Assembly (NCBI GenBank): GCA_041492755.1
Contig: JBGPXN010000016.1
Coordinates: 1 to 45,967 of the forward strand
Length of the DNA stretch: 45,967 bases
DNA from: Candidatus Methylomirabilia bacterium
Lineage (GTDB): Bacteria; Methylomirabilota; Methylomirabilia; Rokubacteriales; CSP1-6
Direction of reading: 5' to 3'
In this document: positions 33,364-42,288 of the stretch, in pieces
How positions within the stretch are numbered: position 1 is the first letter of the stretch
Layout of the letters: each line of letters begins with the position of its first letter
Notes under the pieces: model-generated
Database searches by the model: none
What the model was told of the DNA's origin: nothing
What the model saw: the letters and a program-made list of their open reading frames with translations, nothing else
Position numbers and translations under genes: made by a program

Positions 33364-35817
33364 ATGCCGACCGCACCGGCGTGCATCACCAGCGCGGCCC
33401 TCGCCGGCCTGCTGACGCTCGGCTCCGTCACGGGCTGCGCGCGTGCCGTGCGTCCGGATACCGCGCGCCCGGCCGCGCAAGCCGAAGCGCCGGGGCCGGC
33501 TCCGGAACCGGCTCCCGCGGTGCCCACGCTCCCCGCGCCGACACCGGCGCCGCCGCTGCCGCCCGTGTCGATCGGACCGCGGCCGGGCGTCGCCCAGCCG
33601 GCCATCACGCCGCCACCACCCGCCGCGCCAGCGCCCAGCACGCCGCCCGCCGGCAACGGCCAGCGTGGGCGATTCATCGTCCTGAACTTCGACAACGCCG
33701 ACATCGAAACGGTGGTCCACGCCGCCAGCGAGATCGTCGGGTTCAACTACGTCCTGGCCCCCGACGTGCGGGGCAAGGTGACCGTGCAGACGTCGGGTCG
33801 CATCCCGCAGGAAGACGTCTTCGGCGTCATGCTCGCGATCCTGGAAGTGCACGGGTTCACCGCGGTCAAGTCCGGGAACCTGTACAAGATCATCCGCATC
33901 GAAGGCGCGCGGGAGCGCGCGGTGCCGACCTTCATCGGGGCCGACGTCGATGCCACCCGACCGCCCGACGAGGTCATCACACAGATCCTACCCGTGCGTT
34001 ACACGTCGGTGGCCGACCTGAGCACGCTGCTACGCCCGTTGATCTCCGCGCGGGGCAGCCTCATCGCCCATCGCGAGACGAACGTCCTCATCATCACGGA
34101 CACCGCCTCCAACCTGAAGCGATTGATGGGCATCGTGCGGGTGGTCGACGTGCAGGTGACGCTGGACGAGCTCGTCATCATCCCGATCCGCTTCGCCGAC
34201 GCTGCCGATCTCGCCACCATTCTCAATCAGCTCTTCCAGACCGGCCGCGTGTCCCGCGGGACGACCCCGGCCCCGGACGCGCCTCCCGTGGCCCCGCCCG
34301 TCGCACGACCGGGCGTGGGCCAACCCACGCTACCGCCCGGGGCGCCCACGCCCGCCGGCCCGGCCGGGCAAACGACGGGCGGCACCGATCGCGTGCCGCT
34401 GATCATCGCGGAGCGCCGCTCGAACTCGCTCATCATCCACGCGCGCCGGACCGACCTCGAGACCATCCGGCGCCTGGTCAATCAGCTCGACGTCAACATC
34501 TACGGTGGCCGGCGCGTGTTCGTGTACTACGCGGAGAACGCCAAGGCCCGCGACCTCGGGACGACGCTCAACGCGATCTACGGCGGCAAGGACACGGTGC
34601 CGACCACCTCGGCGCCGACCACGCCGCCGCCGACGCCGGGACGTCCCGGTCAGCCGCCGCCGCCCCCCCCGCCGCCGCCCGCGCCCGGCGGCTCCGGCGG
34701 CGGACCGGGCGCCGTCGGACTCGGTGACCTCGGCGTCATCGAGGGCCAGGTCCGCTTCATCGCCGATGAAACGACCAACGCGGTGATCGTGACGACGTTC
34801 CCGCGCAACTGGCCCGAGATCGAGGCGACGATCAAGCAACTCGATCGCATGCCGCGCCAGGTCCTGATCGAGGTGCTGGTCGTCGAGGTGACGCTGACGG
34901 ACGACCTGCGGCTGGGCCTGGACTGGGCACTCAAGGACGGCAGCTTCCGGTTCGCCAACCAGAACATCAACGCCAGCGCCCCGGGGACGATCAGCTCGCC
35001 GTCCCGGCGCATCCCGGTGCCGGACATCCCACTCGTCGGCCTGCCCGGCGGCGGCCTCACCGCGTTCGCGTTTCAGACCGACAAGTTCTTCGCGATGATC
35101 AACACCCTGGCGTCGGAGAATCTCCTGAACGTGCTCTCGAACCCGCACGTGCTGACGTCGGAGAACAAGAAGGCGATCATCAACGTCTCCGATTCGGTGC
35201 CGATCGTCACGAGCCAGCAGGTGCCCTTTGGCGGCACCGTGGCCGGCACCGCCACGCCGAGCAGCACCACCGCCGCCGTCGTCGGCACGCAGACGGTGGA
35301 GTACCGCGACGCCGGCGTCATCCTCACCGTCACCCCGCGGATCGGGGAGCGCGGCACGGTCGCTCTCGACGTCAAGCAAGAGGTCAACGACTTCGGCGGC
35401 TCCGAGCCCCCCACCGGCTCGCGCCGGATCATCAAGCGCGAGGTGGAGACGTCGGTCGTACTGGTGAACAATCAGACGTTGGTGCTCGGCGGCCTCATTC
35501 GCGAGCGCCGCAACATCGACGACCGCGGCATCCCGTTCCTCAAGAACATCCCGCTCCTCGGCTATCTTTTCGGGGCCAAGGCCGTCACGACGACCAAGAC
35601 CGAGCTGTTGCTGCTGATCACGCCCCGGGTGGTCGGCACCGCGCTGGACGCCGCCCGCATCACCGACGAGATGCGCCGCCTCACCCCCGAGCTCGAGCGC
35701 TCCATCCAGCGCGCGCCCCGCCCCCCGCGCACGGCCCCCCCGCCCGCGGAGTCCACCGAGCCCGAGCTCCTCACCCCACCCCCGCCCGCCGCCGAACCCC
35801 CGCGCACCACCCCGTAA
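33364..35817 (+). CDS. gspD: T2SS secretin, probable lipoprotein
   Basis: LNFDNADI, DVRGKVTV, QLDRMPRQVLIEV, GVILTVTPRI, LVLGGLI, GIPFLKNIPLLGYLF, TELLLLITPRVV; N-terminal VTGC lipobox. Confidence 0.95.
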   Translation: MPTAPACITSAALAGLLTLGSVTGCARAVRPDTARPAAQAEAPGPAPEPAPAVPTLPAPTPAPPLPPVSIGPRPGVAQPAITPPPPAAPAPSTPPAGNGQRGRFIVLNFDNADIETVVHAASEIVGFNYVLAPDVRGKVTVQTSGRIPQEDVFGVMLAILEVHGFTAVKSGNLYKIIRIEGARERAVPTFIGADVDATRPPDEVITQILPVRYTSVADLSTLLRPLISARGSLIAHRETNVLIITDTASNLKRLMGIVRVVDVQVTLDELVIIPIRFADAADLATILNQLFQTGRVSRGTTPAPDAPPVAPPVARPGVGQPTLPPGAPTPAGPAGQTTGGTDRVPLIIAERRSNSLIIHARRTDLETIRRLVNQLDVNIYGGRRVFVYYAENAKARDLGTTLNAIYGGKDTVPTTSAPTTPPPTPGRPGQPPPPPPPPPAPGGSGGGPGAVGLGDLGVIEGQVRFIADETTNAVIVTTFPRNWPEIEATIKQLDRMPRQVLIEVLVVEVTLTDDLRLGLDWALKDGSFRFANQNINASAPGTISSPSRRIPVPDIPLVGLPGGGLTAFAFQTDKFFAMINTLASENLLNVLSNPHVLTSENKKAIINVSDSVPIVTSQQVPFGGTVAGTATPSSTTAAVVGTQTVEYRDAGVILTVTPRIGERGTVALDVKQEVNDFGGSEPPTGSRRIIKREVETSVVLVNNQTLVLGGLIRERRNIDDRGIPFLKNIPLLGYLFGAKAVTTTKTELLLLITPRVVGTALDAARITDEMRRLTPELERSIQRAPRPPRTAPPPAESTEPELLTPPPPAAEPPRTTP

Positions 35818-35830
35818 CCCCCGAGCATCG

Positions 35831-36607
35831 ATGCAGCTCGCGCGCACTCTCATCGGCATGGTTCATCTGCCCGCCTTGCCCGGCAGCCCACGCTGGGAGG
35901 GCTCGATGGCGCGCGCGACCGCGAGCGCGCTGGCCGATGCGCGCGCGCTCGTCGACGGCGGCATTCCCGCGCTCCTCGTCGAGAACCACGGCGACGTGCC
36001 GTTCACGCCCGGGCGCGTCGAGCCGGCGACCGTGGCCGCGATGAGCGTGATCGTGGCCGCCCTCCGGGACGCGCTGCCCACGGTGCCGCTGGGCGTGAAC
36101 GTCCTCAAGAACGACGCGCGGGCCGCGCTCGCCGTCGCGTGCGCGACGGGGGCGGGCTTCATTCGCGTCAACGTGCACGCGGGCGCCGTCGTGACCGACC
36201 AGGGCATCGTGCAATCGGAGGCGTACCACACGCTGCGCGATCGCCGCCTGCTCTCCGCGGACGTCGCGCTCTTCGCCGACGTGCAGGGCAAGCACGCGGC
36301 GCCCATCGCGGCGGTGGAGATCGAACAAGAGGCGCGCGATCTCGTGCATCGTGGACTGGCCGACGCGCTCGTCGTCACCGGCAAGGCCACCGGCGAGGCC
36401 ACGGCCCTCGGCGACGTGAAACGCGTGCGCAGCGCGGTCGGGACGGTGCCCGTCCTCGTGGGCAGCGGCGTGACGCCCGACAACGTCGCCGAGCTGCTCG
36501 CCGTGGCCGACGCCGCGATCGTCGGGACCTTCGTCAAGCAAGACGGCGACGTGCGCAAACCGGTGGATCCGGCGCGCGTGCGGAGGCTCGTGGCCGCCGC
36601 CCGGTGA
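35831..36607 (+). CDS. BtpA/SgcQ family TIM-barrel protein
   Basis: LIGMVHLPALPGSP, VENHGDVPF, GVNVLKND, FIRVN, ADVQGKH, VTGKATG, VLVGSGV. Confidence 0.92.
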   Translation: MQLARTLIGMVHLPALPGSPRWEGSMARATASALADARALVDGGIPALLVENHGDVPFTPGRVEPATVAAMSVIVAALRDALPTVPLGVNVLKNDARAALAVACATGAGFIRVNVHAGAVVTDQGIVQSEAYHTLRDRRLLSADVALFADVQGKHAAPIAAVEIEQEARDLVHRGLADALVVTGKATGEATALGDVKRVRSAVGTVPVLVGSGVTPDNVAELLAVADAAIVGTFVKQDGDVRKPVDPARVRRLVAAAR

Positions 36608-37734
36608 CTTCCTGGCAGCGCGGACGCTCGGTGGCGGCGGCCGCCGCGCTCGTCGCCTTGCTGCTCGCGGGTTGCCGGACGGCGCTGCCTCCGGACCCGG
36701 CGCGGATCGCCCCCCTCGTCGATTCCCTCGGCGATCTCCTGCTCGTCGGCTTCCACGGCACCACCGTCGACGGCAACGATAGGCTGCAGACCCTGCTCTG
36801 CCGCGCGCGCGTCGGCACCGTGCTCCTGTTCGGGCGCAACGTGGTGGATGCGGGCCAGGTGGCGCGACTGACCGCCGATCTGCGCGCGCGCGCCCGCGTG
36901 TGCACGGGTCGAGTCCCGCTGGTGGCGATGGACGCCGAGGGCGGGCGCGTGATGCGCCTGGGTCCTGACGCGGGCTACACGCCGACGTTGTCCGCGGCGG
37001 AGCTGGGCGACGCCAACGATCTTGCCCTCACCGAGCTCGAGGCACTGCGCATCGGCCGCATGTTGCGCGAGGCCGGCGTCGACTGGGACCTGGCGCCGGT
37101 GGTCGACGTCGGCTACAACCCGGCGAATCCGGTCATCGTCGGGGCCGGGCGCAGCTTCGGCGCCAACCCCGCGCGGGTGGCGGCGCACGCGCACGCCTTC
37201 ATCCGCGGGCTGCGGAGCGCCGGCGTGCGATCGACACTCAAGCACTTTCCCGGGCACGGATCGAGCTACGCCGACTCGCACCTGGGATTCGTCGACGTCA
37301 CCGACACCGCCGACGCCGGCCTCGAGCTCCTGCCCTATCGCCTGCTGCTGGGGGAGGGCGCGGTCGAGAGCGTGATGACCGCGCACGTGTTCAACCGTCA
37401 TCTCGACCGCCGCTACCCGGCGACGCTGTCTCGAGCCACCCTGGAGAAGGTGCTGCGCGGCACGCTCGGCTTCGACGGACTCGTCGTGAGCGACGATTTG
37501 AGGATGGGAGCCATCGAGCAGCAATACGGCGTTGGGGCCGCGGCCGTCCGAGCGCTCGCGGCCGGGGTCGACGTCCTGATCATCGCGGACGATCGGCTGC
37601 CCGACGGCCGCTCTGCCGCCGCCGTGGTCCTGGCCGCCCTCCGCGAGGCCCTCGCCGACGGTCGCCTCTCCGCCGACCGTGTCGCCTCTGCCCTCGCCCG
37701 CCTCCACCGCTTCACCGTCACCTCCCGCCCCTGA
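36604..37734 (+). CDS. GH3 beta-N-acetylhexosaminidase (NagZ-like) lipoprotein
   Basis: Lipobox LAGC, DAEGGRVMRL, LAPVVDV, KHFPGHGSSYADSH, VMTAHV, SDDLRMGAI. Confidence 0.9.
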   Translation: MTSWQRGRSVAAAAALVALLLAGCRTALPPDPARIAPLVDSLGDLLLVGFHGTTVDGNDRLQTLLCRARVGTVLLFGRNVVDAGQVARLTADLRARARVCTGRVPLVAMDAEGGRVMRLGPDAGYTPTLSAAELGDANDLALTELEALRIGRMLREAGVDWDLAPVVDVGYNPANPVIVGAGRSFGANPARVAAHAHAFIRGLRSAGVRSTLKHFPGHGSSYADSHLGFVDVTDTADAGLELLPYRLLLGEGAVESVMTAHVFNRHLDRRYPATLSRATLEKVLRGTLGFDGLVVSDDLRMGAIEQQYGVGAAAVRALAAGVDVLIIADDRLPDGRSAAAVVLAALREALADGRLSADRVASALARLHRFTVTSRP

Positions 37735-37775
37735 CCCACCCCGCGGTTGCTATGACATCCGTTGCATGCCCCGCG

Positions 37776-38690
37776 TCAGCGCGCGAGTAGACGCTCGACT
37801 TCGACGCGCGGCGGCAGGGACGGCTGGGCGCCGCGGCGCGTGCAGGCGAGCGCGGCGGTGGCGCTGCCGAAACGGAGGGCGGCGGCCAGCTCGCGGCCCT
37901 CGGCGAGCGCGACGGCCAGGGCCGCGTTGAACGCATCGCCCGCGGCCGTCGTATCGACGACCGTGACCGCGAAGGCTGGACACTCCACCTCGCCCTTGCC
38001 TCCGTACGCGAGCACACCCGACGCCCCGCGAGTGACGATCACCGTGCCCACCCCGCGGTCACGAAGCACGCGGGCCGCGGCCGCGGCGCCCGCCCGATCC
38101 GGCGCCGGCACACCGCTCAACCGCTCGGCTTCGATCTCGTTCGGCACGAGGTAGTCGCAGAGCGGCCAGAAGTCGATCGGCGCGTCCGGCACGGGCGCGG
38201 GGTTGAGGACCGTCGTCACGCCGCGTCCACGCGCCATCTCGAGCGCGGCGCGAACGGTGGGCAGCGGCGTTTCGAGCTGGCAGACGACGACCTGCGCCCA
38301 GGCCACGTCGTCGGCCCGCGCGCGCACGTGCTCGGGGCCGAGCGCCCGGTTCGCGCCCGGCGCCACCGCGATCTGGTTGCGGCCTTCCGCGTCGACCGTG
38401 ATGAGCGCGATGCCCGTCGCGGCAGTGGCGGTCGTGACGACACCGCCGACGCCGATGCCTTCGCGCTCGAGCGCCACCCGCACGTCGCGCCCCGACGCAT
38501 CGTCCCCGACGCACGCGATCAAACGAACGTCGGCGCCCAGACGCCGCGCCGCGACCGCCTGGTTGGCGCCCTTGCCTCCGTGATTGACCAGCAGCGTGCC
38601 GCCCGTCACCGTCTCGCCGGGTCGCGGCAGCCGTGAGAGCGCCACGGTGTAGTCGACGTTCGCGGAGCCGACGATCAGGATCCGGGACAC
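37776..38690 (-). CDS. rbsK: Ribokinase
   Basis: VGSANVD, GGKGANQAVAA, PNEIEA, DTTAAGDAFN, GAQPSLP; GGAG before GTG 38690. Confidence 0.93.
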   Translation of the reverse strand: MSRILIVGSANVDYTVALSRLPRPGETVTGGTLLVNHGGKGANQAVAARRLGADVRLIACVGDDASGRDVRVALEREGIGVGGVVTTATAATGIALITVDAEGRNQIAVAPGANRALGPEHVRARADDVAWAQVVVCQLETPLPTVRAALEMARGRGVTTVLNPAPVPDAPIDFWPLCDYLVPNEIEAERLSGVPAPDRAGAAAAARVLRDRGVGTVIVTRGASGVLAYGGKGEVECPAFAVTVVDTTAAGDAFNAALAVALAEGRELAAALRFGSATAALACTRRGAQPSLPPRVEVERLLAR

Positions 38691-39571
38691 AGCCGCTCCA
38701 GGAACATCGCCAGAAAACGCGCGCGATCGACGCGGCGGGCGACACGGCAGTTCGATGGCCCCGCGGCCCGGCGCGTCCGCCCGCCCGGGCCGACTTCGAT
38801 GCGCACCGGCTCCCACTCGACGAGCGTGGGATCGACGGCGACGCCCACGGCCAGCGGGTCGTGCAGCGTCATGCGTCCATTCTCACGCGCGAACGCATGG
38901 GCGGTGAAGGCGAGCACCCGCGTGCCGAGCGGTCCCGGCCGGCGGGCCAGGGCCGCTTCCATCTGCGCGCGCTCGACCATGACCTGCCGCGTGGCGTCGA
39001 GGGGCACGAGGTCGATGGTGCATCCCGACGCGAGCACGCGCGCGGCCGCTTCCGGATCCACGTGGATGTTGAACTCGGCCTCCGGCGTGACGTTGCCGGG
39101 CACGTCGACCGCGCCGCCCATCACCACCACCCGCCCCGGCCGCGCCAGGATTCCCGGCGCGCGCTCCAGCGCCAGGGCCAGGTTGGTGAGCGGGCCGAGG
39201 GCGATGAGGATGAGCGCGCGGCCATGACGGCGCGTGAGGTCAAGCAGGGTCTGGACCGCCGGCGCGATGGGCCGGGCCGTCACCGGCGGCCAGTCGTCGA
39301 GGCCTCCAAGGCCGTCGCGGCCATGATAGTGATCGGCCGTGACCAGCGGCCGGGCGAGCGGCTGCGTGGCACCGGCGGCCAGGGTCGGCGTCGGGACCGG
39401 ACGGCGGAGATCGAGCAGCCGACGAGCGTTCGCCGTCCCCAGCTCCACGGTGACGTTGCCGGCCACGACCGTGAGCGCCTCGACGGCGATCTCGGGCGAG
39501 CCCCAGGCGAGCAGCAGGGCAAGGGCGTCGTCGATCCCCGGATCGGTGTCGATGACGACGGGGCGCGTCAT
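38675..39571 (-). CDS. Inosine/uridine-preferring nucleoside hydrolase family protein
   Basis: DTDPGIDDA, LGPLTNLA, MGG..GNVTPEAEFN..DPEAA, LHDPLAV. Confidence 0.93.
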   Translation of the reverse strand: MTRPVVIDTDPGIDDALALLLAWGSPEIAVEALTVVAGNVTVELGTANARRLLDLRRPVPTPTLAAGATQPLARPLVTADHYHGRDGLGGLDDWPPVTARPIAPAVQTLLDLTRRHGRALILIALGPLTNLALALERAPGILARPGRVVVMGGAVDVPGNVTPEAEFNIHVDPEAAARVLASGCTIDLVPLDATRQVMVERAQMEAALARRPGPLGTRVLAFTAHAFARENGRMTLHDPLAVGVAVDPTLVEWEPVRIEVGPGGRTRRAAGPSNCRVARRVDRARFLAMFLERLCPGS

Positions 39572-39612
39572 GGCCGCATCGGCTGGTCCGGAGCCGGCAT
39601 CTCAAGTGCAGG

Positions 39613-39621
39613 TGCTAGAAT
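39613..39621 (+). promoter_or_regulatory. Putative extended -10 promoter of the Rdx selenoprotein gene
   Basis: TG-C-TAGAAT about 40 nt upstream of ATG 39661. Confidence 0.5.
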
Positions 39622-39660
39622 GGCGTTCGCCAGGCGACCCTCACACTCAGGGAGGACGAG

Positions 39661-39885
39661 ATGAACATCGCGATCCGATACTGCGGCGAGTGAAACTACC
39701 TCCCCCAGGCCTCCAGTTTGCAGGCCGCCATCAAGTCCAAGTACGGCATCACCGCTGAGCTCCTCGAGGGCGCCGGTGGCATCTTCGAGGTGTACATCGA
39801 CGACAAGACCGTCTACTCCAACCAGGAGACGTATCGCTTCCCGGAGCACGAGGAGATCTTCGCTCAGATCGACGCCGCTAAGTAG
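39661..39885 (+). CDS. Rdx family (SelW/SelT/SelH-like) selenoprotein, 74 aa, Sec at codon 11
   Basis: GGAGG SD; MNIAIRYCGE-U(TGA 39691)-NYLPQASSLQAAIKSKYGITAELLEGAGGIFEVYIDDKTVYSNQETYRFPEHEEIFAQIDAAK*. The I-x-YCxxU, GIFEV and RFP motifs fit the family. Confidence 0.9.
39708..39726 (+). promoter_or_regulatory. Putative bacterial SECIS hairpin
   Basis: GGCCT-C-C-AGTTT-G-C-AGGCC; the apical loop starts 21 nt after the UGA and has G at position 2. Confidence 0.6.
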
Positions 39886-41140
39886 CGCCTCGCTCGAGTG
39901 ACTCCCTGAAGCGTGGGTGGGCCACGGCGATCAACGCCGTGGCCCGCGCCCGCTCTCCCCGTCCCCTCAGGTGCGCGACGCCGAACTCGGTGACGACCCA
40001 GTCCGGCAGGAAGCGCGGCGTCGTGACGGCCGCTCCCGCCGTCAGCTTCGAGGTGATCCGCGAGACTTCTCCGTCGCGACCCGTTGAGGGCAACGCGATG
40101 ATGGAGGCGCCGCCCGGGGATCGGGAAGCGCCGAGCACGAAGTCGAACTGCCCGCCGATGCCCGCGACCTGTCGGGGGCCCAAGCTCTCCGCCGTGATTT
40201 GCCCCGAGAGATCCACCTCGAGCGCCGAATTGATGGCCACGAAACGCGGCAGGGTCGCGACGACGTGCGGATCGTGCGTCCATTCCGACGACTCCATGCT
40301 GATGAGCGGGTTGTCGTGGACGAACCGGAACAGCCGCGGCGTCCCCATCGCCTCGGCGACGTCGATCCGCCCGCGGTGCACGGACTTGGCGGCACCCGTC
40401 ACCACCCCGCGCTCCACGAGATCGACGGCCGCATCGACGATGAGCGAGTGAAGCGCCAGATCGCGATGGTCACCGAGCGCTTCCAGGACGGCCTGCGGGA
40501 TCGCGCCCACCCCGACCTGGACGGTCGCACCGTCGGGCACGAGCGCGGCCACGTGGCGGCCGATGGCGCGCTCGACGTCGCCGACGGCCGGCGGCGGATA
40601 CGGGAGCAACGGCTCGTCCACCTCGACCCACACGTCGATCTGGCTGCGATGCAGCCAGCCGTTGCCGCGCGTACGCGGCATCCGGGGATTGACCTGGGCG
40701 ATCACCAGCGGTGCCGTGCGCGCGGCCGGCAAGCTCACGCTGACCGACACGCCGAGACTCAGGTACCCGTGACGATCCGGCGGCGCGCAGTGCACGAGCA
40801 CACAGTCGGGCGCCCACTCGCCGCCCCGCGCGAACTGGCGGACGACGTCGAAGTAGCGGATCGGGACGAACTCGACGCGGCCCCGCCGTCGCGCCTCTTC
40901 CAGCCGGGGCGCCATGTGCCAGGTGGCGAACCGGAGCGCCGCCGTTTCGGGGCGGGCGAACGGATAGCCACCGAGGTGGATCCCGCCCATGAGCGTGAGG
41001 TCGGTCAGGCGGTCGGCCTGCCGGCAGATCTCGGCCACGAGCGCGACGGGCTCGCCGCAGCCGGGCGGCAACAGTACGCGCATTCCTGGTCGCAGTCGGT
41101 CGACGGCGCCGGCCGGGGTTTCCTTCGCGAAGGGCCGCAT
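39878..41140 (-). CDS. Acetyl-CoA hydrolase/transferase family protein (4-hydroxybutyrate CoA-transferase-like); catalytic Glu apparently absent
   Basis: PPDRHGYLSLG, AQVNPRMP, DGATVQVGVGAIP, INSALEVDLSGQ, GIGGQFDF, VVTEFGVAHLRG, IAVAHPRFRE. Confidence 0.88.
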   Translation of the reverse strand: MRPFAKETPAGAVDRLRPGMRVLLPPGCGEPVALVAEICRQADRLTDLTLMGGIHLGGYPFARPETAALRFATWHMAPRLEEARRRGRVEFVPIRYFDVVRQFARGGEWAPDCVLVHCAPPDRHGYLSLGVSVSVSLPAARTAPLVIAQVNPRMPRTRGNGWLHRSQIDVWVEVDEPLLPYPPPAVGDVERAIGRHVAALVPDGATVQVGVGAIPQAVLEALGDHRDLALHSLIVDAAVDLVERGVVTGAAKSVHRGRIDVAEAMGTPRLFRFVHDNPLISMESSEWTHDPHVVATLPRFVAINSALEVDLSGQITAESLGPRQVAGIGGQFDFVLGASRSPGGASIIALPSTGRDGEVSRITSKLTAGAAVTTPRFLPDWVVTEFGVAHLRGRGERARATALIAVAHPRFRESLERGAT

Positions 41141-41186
41141 TGAACGCGGACGTAGTTATACCGCGGCGGCAGGCTAGAATGACGCC

Positions 41187-41386
41187 ATGAACCGCCCGCG
41201 CTGGTGGGCAGCCGCTGGCCTGACGATGCTCACCGTCTCGGTGGCGCTCACCAGCGGGTGCGCGAGCACGGCCCCGGCCCCACGGACTTCGGCGGCGCCG
41301 CCGCGGGTTCGCTGCCTCGATGACGGCGCCCGGGGCGGAGCCGGCAGCACGCGGCCCCTCTTCTTCCTGTTCTGCATCCAGAGCCC

Positions 41387-41390
<4 letters not shown>
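41187..41390 (+). CDS. Small (67 aa) putative lipoprotein
   Basis: Hydrophobic segment with LTSGC; C-terminal RPLFFLFCIQSP; TAGAAT 6 nt before the ATG; its stop overlaps the SDR start (GTGA). Confidence 0.6.
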
Positions 41391-42205
<815 letters not shown>

Positions 42206-42288
42206 TCGAGATCGAGGACGGCTTCGCCCGGCCGTGATCCCGGACGGATCGTGACGAACGCGGCGCCAACGCTGCGGTTCGGAGCCCG

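Noticed and set aside
24244..35817. Type IV pilus or competence cluster
   Set aside because: The GspG-type major pseudopilin signature, GspK and a GspC-like gene are present and there is no PilT, which fits T2SS better.
39568..39849. 93-aa minus-strand ORF
   Set aside because: Antisense shadow of the Rdx selenoprotein, which has the SD, promoter and family motifs.
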